Part shown: positions 6,589-14,532 of the stretch, piece after piece
How positions within the stretch are numbered: position 1 is the first letter of the stretch
Layout: each line of letters starts with the position of its first letter
Source: Promethearchaeota archaeon
GTDB taxonomy: Archaea > Asgardarchaeota > Hermodarchaeia > Hermodarchaeales > Hermodarchaeaceae
NCBI GenBank assembly: GCA_048939245.1
Contig: JBHLPR010000047.1
Span: forward strand, 1-17,789
DNA length: 17,789 nt
Reading direction: 5' to 3'
Notes under the pieces: model-generated
Seen by the model: only the letters and a program-made list of their open reading frames with translations
Database searches by the model: none
Told to the model about the DNA's origin: nothing
Program-made: the position numbers and the translations under genes

Positions 6589-9300
6589 ATGATGACTAAA
6601 AAATGGGTGTATCTTTTCAATGAAGGTAACAAGGAGATGCGCGATCTCCTTGGTGGAAAAGGCGCAAACCTGGCTGAGATGAGTAATGCTAAGCTTCCTG
6701 TACCCCCTGGTTTCACAATTACTACTGAAGCCTGCAATGCCTATTTCGCGAATGCTAAACAGTTCCCTGAAGGTATGTGGGATCAAGTGCTTGAAGCTAT
6801 CCATGCACTAGAAGAAAGTACGGGTAAACGTCTTGGGGATCCCAAGAATCCTCTTTTGGTCTCTGCACGTTCGGGTGCTCGTGTTTCCATGCCTGGAATG
6901 ATGGATACTGTCCTAAATATCGGAATGAATCCGAAAGTCTTGAAAGGGTTTGCCGAATTAACTGGGAACGAACGTGTAGCTTGGGATGCGTATCGGCGAT
7001 TAATCCAGATGTTTGGAAATATTGTGAAGGAAATTGATCGTCATAAGTTTGAAGCAATTCTAGATAAATATAAAGCGAAGACATCTGGTGGTCGTGATAC
7101 AGACCTTACCGTGTCGATGCTAAAAGATCTGGTTCGTGATTTCAAAGAGTTATACAAAGCAGAATTAGGGAAGAAATTCCCTGATGATCCTCTTGACCAA
7201 ATTCGCGAGGCAATTGGGGCCGTCTTTAATTCATGGTTTGGTCCTCCCGCTACTTCCTATCGGAACGCAGAAGGGATTCCACATAATTGGGGAACCGCTG
7301 TCAATATACAGACCATGGTCTTTGGGAATATGGGAGAGCGGAGTGGAACGGGAGTAGCCTTTACTCGAAATCCAGCAACTGGGGAAAAGAAGGTCTGGGG
7401 CGAATATTTACTTAACGCCCAGGGTGAAGATGTGGTTGCAGGGATACGTACGCCTCACCCTATTGCTGAATTAGACGAGGAAATGCCAAAAATCTGGAAG
7501 GAATTTCTCAAGATTTCAAATCGATTGGAACGGCATTACCACGATATGCAGGATATGGAGTTCACCATTGAACGTGAAAAACTCTGGATGCTTCAAACCC
7601 GGACAGGAAAACGAACTGCGTTTGCCGCAGTAAAAATTGCAGTAGACATGGTCAATGAGGGACTTATCAAAAAAGAGGATGCGATTCTCCGAGTTAATCC
7701 TGCACAGATTGATCAATTTCTGCATCCGCGGTTTGACCCTGAAGCAGTTGAAAAAGCTAAAAATGAAGGTAATCTTCTTGCATCGGGGTTGAATGCTTCT
7801 CCGGGTGCAGCAACAGGTAGAGCAATCTTTGATGCGGACACAGCTGCTGAACGCGGGCAAGCTGGAGAGAGTGTAATTCTGGTTCGCCCTGAAACCAATC
7901 CTGATGATGTTCACGGGATGATTGAGGCGCAAGGGATTCTCACCCAACGTGGAGGAATGACCTCACACGCTGCTGTTGTAGCTCGTGGTTGGGGGAAGGC
8001 CTGTGTTGCAGGATGCGAAACAATAGCAATTGATATGGAGACTCGCAGTTTTCGAGTTGGCGACCAAGTCATCCGTGAAGGTGATTTCATCTCAATTGAC
8101 GGCACTACTGGAAATGTCTTCAAAGGGCAAATCCACACAATGGAAGCAAGCTTCGAAGAAGAAAGTGAACTCGTGACACTCCTGTCGTGGGCTGATGAAA
8201 TCCGTAAACTGGGCGTATGGACTAATGCTGATAATCCTAAGGATGCGGCTCGTGCACGATCCTTTGGGGCAGAAGGAATAGGTCTTTGCCGGACAGAACA
8301 CATGTTCTTCGAAGAAGAACGCCGACCAATCGTTGTAAAGATGATTATGTCAGACGATGAAGCGGAACGCAAAAAGCTCTTGGATCAATTATTGCCATTC
8401 CAGCGGGAGGATTTCGAAGGTATCTTTCGAGCCATGGACGGCTTTCCAGTGATTGTACGGCTCATCGATCCACCCATGCATGAATTCCTTCCAACAAAAG
8501 ATGAACTTGGTGAAGAAATCTGTCAACTCAAATTAGAATTACAAAGTGATCTGAGTAACGCCAAGAAAAAACGATTGAAAAAGAAGCTTAAGGAAACCGA
8601 ACACCTTCTGGAGATTGTTGAAAGCATGTGGGAAGTTAACCCCATGATGGGTCTTCGCGGTTGCCGCGCAGGAATCTCATACCCTGGACTCACTGAAATG
8701 CAGGTTCGTGCCATCTTTGAAGCCGCATGCAATGTCGCTGAAAACGGGATTAAGGTTCACCCTGAAGTGATGATTCCTCTAGTAAGTCATGTCAATGAAC
8801 TCATACTCGAACGCGAGAAACTCGAAAAAGTCGTAAAAGACGTACTGAAAGAAAAGAAATGTTCGCTAGATTACAAGTTTGGGCTTATGATTGAAACCCC
8901 GCGAGCAGCACTCACTGCTGATGTAGTGGCACAACATGCTGCATTCTTTTCCTTTGGTACAAACGACTTAACCCAGATGACCTTCGGTGTTTCACGAGAT
9001 GATGCAGAAGGCAAATTCCTCCGTCAGTATGTTGCTCGCGGGATTCTTCCGAACAATCCCTTCGAGGTCTTAGATCGCGATGGAGTCGGTGCCTTGATGA
9101 AAATGACCATAGAAAAAGGCCGAAAAGCAAACCCAGCACTTGAAGTTGGTGGATGTGGAGAGCATTTTGGTGAACCCAGTTCTATCGAATTCTCGCATAT
9201 CATTGGGTTGAACTATGTCAGTGCCTCACCTTTCCGGGTGCCAATCGCCCGATTGGCTGCAGCTAAAGCCGCCCTGCAACACAAATATGGTAGAAAGTAA
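6589..9300 (+). CDS. ppdK: Pyruvate, phosphate dikinase
   Basis: LLGGKGANLAEM, PVPPGFTITTEAC, RSGARVSMPGMMDTVLN, phospho-His motif GGMTSHAAVVARG, GIGLCRTEHMFF and FSFGTNDLTQ are all present. GAGGT SD at 6579-6583 favours ATG 6589 or 6592 over TTG 6577. Confidence 0.98.
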   Translation: MMTKKWVYLFNEGNKEMRDLLGGKGANLAEMSNAKLPVPPGFTITTEACNAYFANAKQFPEGMWDQVLEAIHALEESTGKRLGDPKNPLLVSARSGARVSMPGMMDTVLNIGMNPKVLKGFAELTGNERVAWDAYRRLIQMFGNIVKEIDRHKFEAILDKYKAKTSGGRDTDLTVSMLKDLVRDFKELYKAELGKKFPDDPLDQIREAIGAVFNSWFGPPATSYRNAEGIPHNWGTAVNIQTMVFGNMGERSGTGVAFTRNPATGEKKVWGEYLLNAQGEDVVAGIRTPHPIAELDEEMPKIWKEFLKISNRLERHYHDMQDMEFTIEREKLWMLQTRTGKRTAFAAVKIAVDMVNEGLIKKEDAILRVNPAQIDQFLHPRFDPEAVEKAKNEGNLLASGLNASPGAATGRAIFDADTAAERGQAGESVILVRPETNPDDVHGMIEAQGILTQRGGMTSHAAVVARGWGKACVAGCETIAIDMETRSFRVGDQVIREGDFISIDGTTGNVFKGQIHTMEASFEEESELVTLLSWADEIRKLGVWTNADNPKDAARARSFGAEGIGLCRTEHMFFEEERRPIVVKMIMSDDEAERKKLLDQLLPFQREDFEGIFRAMDGFPVIVRLIDPPMHEFLPTKDELGEEICQLKLELQSDLSNAKKKRLKKKLKETEHLLEIVESMWEVNPMMGLRGCRAGISYPGLTEMQVRAIFEAACNVAENGIKVHPEVMIPLVSHVNELILEREKLEKVVKDVLKEKKCSLDYKFGLMIETPRAALTADVVAQHAAFFSFGTNDLTQMTFGVSRDDAEGKFLRQYVARGILPNNPFEVLDRDGVGALMKMTIEKGRKANPALEVGGCGEHFGEPSSIEFSHIIGLNYVSASPFRVPIARLAAAKAALQHKYGRK

Positions 9301-10138
9301 CCTACTATCCTATGTGTTGAAATTGCCGGAAATTCCCAAGATTCGTCCAATGCGAAGTGATGAATGGGCAACCTTCCATCAACTCGATGCAGAGATCTTT
9401 CTCAAAGACGACCAGATGGGTGAAGAGTCCTTTCTTAAACGGGTCCAAAAACCAGGGTTCCTAGCAATAGAGACAAAACAGAGCCACTTAGCAGGATATC
9501 TGATATTAGGCCAATTCACTGATGAAATTGGTCACCTAGGGCGGATTGGTGTCAATAAGGCTCTCCAAAGCCAAGGTCTCGGTAGTCAACTAATGACCTA
9601 TGCGCTGAACTGGTTTCAGCAAAAGGAGCATGTCAAGGAAGTTCAGCTGTATACACAAATCGACAATATACACGCGCAAGGATTATACAAAAAGTTCAGG
9701 TTCAAAGTAATTGGGCAAACCTGGCACTATTTCATTCCATTTGCTTCTCTGAAATCAACAGGAACCTTTTCACTTCAAATTGCCAAACCATCAGAATACC
9801 AGCACATTGCTAATCTATATCCTCAATCCCTCCCACTTGGAGCTCTACACCAGTTTTTAGAACGCAAACAATTTATCTATACACTCAAAAATCAATCAAA
9901 CAAAATCGTGGGAGCATGCAGATTCAACCCAGGGTTTCCCGGGTGTTTCCCATTCGAATTAAACGACGTCTCTGGTTTCGACGACTACGCCCTTGGATTT
10001 CAACCTCTCTGTGAACCTCCATCAGACTTCTTACGAATTACCTTTCACGAGAACGAACCACTAGTTCAACTATGTGAAACACGGGAATATAGGCTACATC
10101 ATACGCTTTTCAGAATGCAACTTATTTTGAAGAAATAA
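9287..10138 (+). CDS. GNAT family N-acetyltransferase with a second, probably degenerate GNAT-like domain
   Basis: IRPM, RIGVNKALQSQGLGSQLM (acetyl-CoA motif A, QxxGxG) and NIHAQGLYKKFRF are present. The start is uncertain: ATG 9287 overlaps the ppdK end by 14 nt, GTG 9314 is an alternative, and 9215 would overlap ppdK by 86 nt and is unlikely. Confidence 0.85.
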   Translation: MVESNLLSYVLKLPEIPKIRPMRSDEWATFHQLDAEIFLKDDQMGEESFLKRVQKPGFLAIETKQSHLAGYLILGQFTDEIGHLGRIGVNKALQSQGLGSQLMTYALNWFQQKEHVKEVQLYTQIDNIHAQGLYKKFRFKVIGQTWHYFIPFASLKSTGTFSLQIAKPSEYQHIANLYPQSLPLGALHQFLERKQFIYTLKNQSNKIVGACRFNPGFPGCFPFELNDVSGFDDYALGFQPLCEPPSDFLRITFHENEPLVQLCETREYRLHHTLFRMQLILKK

Positions 10139-10147
10139 AGAAGGGAA

Positions 10148-10166
10148 GTGGAGGCTAGGCCTCCAC
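10148..10166. terminator. GC-rich hairpin between convergent genes; putative terminator, mainly for the minus-strand gene
   Basis: GTGGAGGC-tag-GCCTCCAC forms an 8-bp stem. On the minus strand it is followed by the pyrimidine-rich TTCCCTTCTTTATTTCTT. Confidence 0.6.
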
Positions 10167-10170
10167 ATGG

Positions 10171-12801
10171 TTAACTATCTTTAGTTCCTCGTCGACGAAA
10201 TAGCAGGTAGACAATGATGACTACCACAATGATGATGACTATGAGAACTACTATCCACCACCACCAAGGTAGGGGAGGTAGCAGGGGTAGAGGTGTTGGG
10301 TTATCGATGGTGAAGACTGCATCGGAGTCATCAATCCCCACAAGTTCATAGTCAAAAGCGGCTACACGAATGAGGTAGTTATTTCCATTCGGAACCTCGG
10401 TTGTATTCCAAACGAAACTTGTGCCCATGATACCAATCACAAAGGGATACCATGACGCGCCACTATCATTACTATAGAGTAGGTCATAGCCAAGAATGGG
10501 ATCCTTGTTGGGATCGAATGCTGTCCAGGTGATTGTGATGGTGTTGTTAACCGTTTCGCCACCATTTGGATAATTTAAGGTAACGATTGGTGGTCGATTC
10601 TCTGAAAGCCATTGAAAGGCGTTCACTAAGAAGAGATTGTTATCTGCTTCATAGAAATCTGGTACCCCGTCACTATCAGGATCATCAATTGCACTAGGAA
10701 AGTTGACATCCGTTATATAGACAACTCGACCTAGTTCGTGTTGTGTTGAAGCAAACACGGCGGCACCATTAGCAATTCCACCATCACTCCAACTACAAGT
10801 GCTATCAGTGTCAGAAGTGATTAGGGCTGTACCACTACCAATAGTATCAAAGGCTGTTCCTCGATCAACGTCTATCCGTGAAATTCCTTGCATAATTGGA
10901 TGGGAAGCAAAGTTAGGCGTTTCATAGATGATTAATGACGTTCCAACATACCAATCATCTGAATCTGTAAGATAACCTGTATTATTTCTGTCGATGCCAA
11001 ACTGGTTACCGATTGGGTCAACATTAACACCGAACGTTTCCCAATCAGCAATAAGGAACAAACCACCACCTGCAGCAACATAATTCACAATACCAGTGGT
11101 TTCGGGGTTTGTGTAGGCACTAGACCCTTCAGTGATTACAAGAATATGTGCTTGGTCGATTAAGCTCGGATAGAAAGTTGTCATCCAATGAATTGTATAG
11201 CCATTGCTCGTAAGATAATTTGCCCATTCGAGATAATGGGTATTGATATCATAACCCAAAATTGGGCTATGTGAATTATCAAAGAGTACAATTCGTTCTT
11301 TTATTCCGGCAGCAGATAGCCATCGAATATTGTTGATAGCAAATACATCATTACCGCTGTCAAAGTATGTGTTAGTTCCATCTACGTCAACATCCGTAGT
11401 ATCACTGAGAAAGTTGTAATCCATAACAATGGTTACTCGTCCATTTCCAGATGTAACCAGGGCTGCAGCTAGGGGGATGCCGTCAGCATTGGACCCAAGG
11501 CTCCAGTCAGAAGTTCCATCAGTATCTGTTCTAGCTAGCACTATAGCACCACTTGGGAGGCTATCCAGACCGCCTGGGCGATCGAGCTCTACCCTGGATA
11601 CGTTTAGAGTAATCGAATGGTTCAGTAGGTTAGTATTTCCACCAAGATTGTCATAGACGTTATATGAATCTCCAGCGATGGTGTCATCAGTATCGGTTAG
11701 GTAATCAGTATAGCGTGTGAATCCAAACCGGGTTGATACTGGATCGAGCTCCTCACCAAATGACCCATAATCGGTAATGATGAATAGTCCACCACCAGCC
11801 AAGACGAAGGCTTCCACGGTATCCGCTTCTGAACTGGAGAACGTCGAAGTTCCTGTGGTGATTACCAGTACATCACAAGCATTGATGAGTGCTGGGCTGA
11901 AGCTAGCCATGTTAGTGACAGCAAAGCCTTCTGCAACTAAATCATCTGCAAAGCTACTTAGGGTACCAAAAATCGTACCATACGGGGAATGAGATGCATC
12001 AAAGACCACATGCCTGTGAAGCCGAATGGCGTTTCCGAGAATGGTCTCCATGTTTATATCAGAGCTATAATAGTCAAAGCCGATTAAGACGGCATGACCC
12101 TTACCTATAACTTTGTGTAACACAATCGGGTAGGTGCCATCATCCACCACAACAGTCTGTTCAGACGTATCAAAATTAATTGTCATACTTGCCGAAGTCC
12201 ATGAGGCAGCCACGTCTCTTGCAAGTGCGTCACTGGTATTCACTAGATTGATACTCACAGGATACGTAGTAGCGGAGGCGTGAACTGTCATCAGACCGGT
12301 TTCGTTGTAAATACGAGCGGTGGGTGCGTACCCCATATCGGGTACAGTTCTGCCATCTGCGCAGATGACGATTCCGCCATCATTCACCCAGTTAGTTAGC
12401 GAGGTCGACCAAGCGGCTGCTACTGAAGTCATATTGGCATAAAAGGCGTTCTCCTGCTCAGGGATGAGGAGGATGTCGTGATGAGGCAGTTCTGTGGCTA
12501 GATCAGTATAATCGGTAAGATTCGTCCAATAATAGTCTGTTCCAAAGGTAGAATTAATGGCCGCGAACATATGCTCGACTTCTTCTCCAGGACTATTATC
12601 TGCGAACTGAGAATAGACAAGGATTGAGATAGGAAGAATTCTGTGCGGCAGTTCTGGCGACGGAAGAGCAGGTCCAACACCTTTAACAACACCGGCCTGA
12701 ATAGAACCTGAGTGTTGAAGATAGGCTATTGAATTTGATGAAAGAAGTGGAATACAGAGAACCGCTAGTAACACTAAACTCAATATTTTTGAAATTTTCA
12801 T
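10171..12801 (-). CDS. Large cell-surface protein: three class I glutamine amidotransferase-like (GIFT/DUF4350-type) domains, an Ig-like domain and a C-terminal TM anchor
   Basis: Signal peptide. Repeated elements V(V/L)FDxSHSP, (F/Y)VxAGGGLF(I/L)IxD, GRV...DxNF and NxxFxxNxxxWLS. PNGGE...TITWTA.D...Y.IRV.A.D beta-sandwich. Pro-rich linker, TM and RRR tail. Many NxS/T sequons. Confidence 0.8.
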   Translation of the reverse strand: MKISKILSLVLLAVLCIPLLSSNSIAYLQHSGSIQAGVVKGVGPALPSPELPHRILPISILVYSQFADNSPGEEVEHMFAAINSTFGTDYYWTNLTDYTDLATELPHHDILLIPEQENAFYANMTSVAAAWSTSLTNWVNDGGIVICADGRTVPDMGYAPTARIYNETGLMTVHASATTYPVSINLVNTSDALARDVAASWTSASMTINFDTSEQTVVVDDGTYPIVLHKVIGKGHAVLIGFDYYSSDINMETILGNAIRLHRHVVFDASHSPYGTIFGTLSSFADDLVAEGFAVTNMASFSPALINACDVLVITTGTSTFSSSEADTVEAFVLAGGGLFIITDYGSFGEELDPVSTRFGFTRYTDYLTDTDDTIAGDSYNVYDNLGGNTNLLNHSITLNVSRVELDRPGGLDSLPSGAIVLARTDTDGTSDWSLGSNADGIPLAAALVTSGNGRVTIVMDYNFLSDTTDVDVDGTNTYFDSGNDVFAINNIRWLSAAGIKERIVLFDNSHSPILGYDINTHYLEWANYLTSNGYTIHWMTTFYPSLIDQAHILVITEGSSAYTNPETTGIVNYVAAGGGLFLIADWETFGVNVDPIGNQFGIDRNNTGYLTDSDDWYVGTSLIIYETPNFASHPIMQGISRIDVDRGTAFDTIGSGTALITSDTDSTCSWSDGGIANGAAVFASTQHELGRVVYITDVNFPSAIDDPDSDGVPDFYEADNNLFLVNAFQWLSENRPPIVTLNYPNGGETVNNTITITWTAFDPNKDPILGYDLLYSNDSGASWYPFVIGIMGTSFVWNTTEVPNGNNYLIRVAAFDYELVGIDDSDAVFTIDNPTPLPLLPPLPWWWWIVVLIVIIIVVVIIVYLLFRRRGTKDS

Positions 12802-13129
12802 GTTTGTTTCCTTCCTTCAGCTTCTCCATTAAAGACGTCTCATCACAAAAACAGATGATGAGATCGACCGCATGCAAGCTGAATTAGTAAAATAAAACGA
12901 GTAACCGCTATAAAAGGGTTAACAGGAGCTCATGGAACACATTCTTTGGTCTGCAGAAACCCTAGTCCGTGACATATCATTACTTTTGTTCTGACTAATA
13001 GCTACTCATTGAAAGCGCAAAGATGTTTCGTCATCTTTAGGCCTCCTTTTAATCTCAACGTTGGCAATGCTAAAATAGAGCCTCCGTTCCCTGTTGTACC
13101 AAATCATCATTAACAGGCGGGTTTTTAAG

Positions 13130-14455
13130 ATGTCACCTGAAAATAAACTTCCCATCGAAAGTCAACCGAACGCGTTGCCCGATGAAATTGATCCTGAAAA
13201 ATATGTGATTGCTACTTACTATTTTGGAGCCCCTATTGGATTACCGATTAAGGACATTTGTGAAATGGCGGCGGTTGAGCAAAGTACTGGCACCTGGGTA
13301 CTTGTTCCTGGTGAAACGCCACAAATGCGGAAAAAATACGTGGCGAAAGTCATCGGGATATACGAAGGTCCATATCCGGAGTATAGTCAACCGAAAGATG
13401 TGACCCATCGACATTACGTCGTCCAGGTAGCGTTTCCTTGGGTGAACTTTGGTCAACAAATTCCCATGCTACTGTCAACTGTTGTCGGAAACATTAGCAT
13501 GGGTGGGCGAGTCAAGGTCTTAGATCTCCGGTTTCCAAAAAGCTGGTTGAAAGGCTTTCAAGGACCAAAATTTGGCACCAAAGGCGTCTTCAAAATATTA
13601 GGAGTTAAAGGACGCCCACTACTCAATAATATGATCAAACCCTGCACGGGCTATACGCCAAAGGTTGGAGCGAAACTCTTGTACGAAGCTGCACGAGGTG
13701 GTGCTGATGTCATCAAAGATGATGAGCTTATTGCGGACCCAGTTTTCAACCATATCACTGAACGTCTTCCCCTCTACATGGAAGCTATTGACAAAGCAAA
13801 TGCCGAGAAAGGCGAAAAAACGCTCTACACGGTGAACATCACAGATCGGATTCCCAAACTCATGGAAAACGCTGAAGCGGCCATTGAACATGGGGCTAAC
13901 GCTCTTATGGTCAATCATATAGCCGTTGGGTGGAGTGCCGTGCGCCAAGTCACAGACGATCCCAGCATCAACGTTCCCGTCCTCGGACATATGGATATAG
14001 CAGGGGCAATGAGTTATTCACCAATCAGTGGCTTATCTACTCAACTGGTTATTGGCAAATTCCCCCGACTCGCAGGGATTGACATTGAGGTCTTTCCAGC
14101 TCCGTACGGAAAAGCTCCCTTGCTCAAGCAACGGTATATCGAAATGGCTCGGGTGATGAATTACCCACTCCACCACATTAAACCAACCATGCCAATGCCC
14201 AGTGGTGGCATTACTCCAGGCCATGTGCCCATGGTGGTCGAAGATTTAGGCACAGAAATCATGATTGGCACTGGAGGTGGAATTCATGCCTTTCCAGCCG
14301 AACATGGGGGGCCTTCTGCGGGTGCCCGGGCGTTCCGACAGGCCATCGATGCTACAGTGCAAGGAATCTCTCTGAAGGATTATGCTGAAGAACATCCGGA
14401 ATTAAAGGTTGCTTTAGATAAATGGGGTTCTGGAAAAACAGGCTTTGAAATGTAA
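13130..14455 (+). CDS. RuBisCO-like protein (form IV)
   Basis: AVEQSTGTW, VVGN, IKP, GGADVIKDDE (carbamylated-Lys motif, KDDE at 13715-13726), YTVNIT, YGK, PSGG and GGGIH are present. The bona fide RuBisCO residues K177, R295 and H327 are replaced (KPCTG, GHMD, DIEVF). ATG 13130 is preferred to TTG 13094. Confidence 0.92.
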   Translation: MSPENKLPIESQPNALPDEIDPEKYVIATYYFGAPIGLPIKDICEMAAVEQSTGTWVLVPGETPQMRKKYVAKVIGIYEGPYPEYSQPKDVTHRHYVVQVAFPWVNFGQQIPMLLSTVVGNISMGGRVKVLDLRFPKSWLKGFQGPKFGTKGVFKILGVKGRPLLNNMIKPCTGYTPKVGAKLLYEAARGGADVIKDDELIADPVFNHITERLPLYMEAIDKANAEKGEKTLYTVNITDRIPKLMENAEAAIEHGANALMVNHIAVGWSAVRQVTDDPSINVPVLGHMDIAGAMSYSPISGLSTQLVIGKFPRLAGIDIEVFPAPYGKAPLLKQRYIEMARVMNYPLHHIKPTMPMPSGGITPGHVPMVVEDLGTEIMIGTGGGIHAFPAEHGGPSAGARAFRQAIDATVQGISLKDYAEEHPELKVALDKWGSGKTGFEM

Positions 14456-14484
14456 TCCATTTAATTAGCTGCCGGTTCCCATGA

Positions 14485-14494
14485 TTTTTTTATA
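14485..14494 (+). terminator. T7 tract after the RLP gene (archaeal-type terminator) overlapping a TTTATA TATA-like box for the next gene
   Basis: TTTTTTTATA lies about 30 nt after the RLP stop and about 40 nt before the next start. Confidence 0.4.
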
Positions 14495-14532
14495 CGTCAC
14501 TCGACGAGGGTTCTTTAAACCTGGTGATGATG

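Noticed and set aside
6550-9139. Several minus-strand ORFs inside ppdK (e.g. 7516-7947, 7911-8372)
   Set aside because: They are antisense shadows of a highly conserved gene, with no protein-like features.
13009-13022. cre/CcpA-like TTGAAAGCGCAAAG upstream of the RLP gene
   Set aside because: The right half is not symmetric and matches the 6413 palindrome poorly; probably chance.
13209-14224. Nested ORFs within the RLP gene (13209-13403, 13241-13459, 13619-13990, 14033-14224)
   Set aside because: Shadow ORFs with no independent support.
13094-14455. Calling the gene a CO2-fixing form III RuBisCO (rbcL)
   Set aside because: The K177, R295 and H327 equivalents are substituted and no nucleoside-pathway or Calvin-cycle genes are adjacent.
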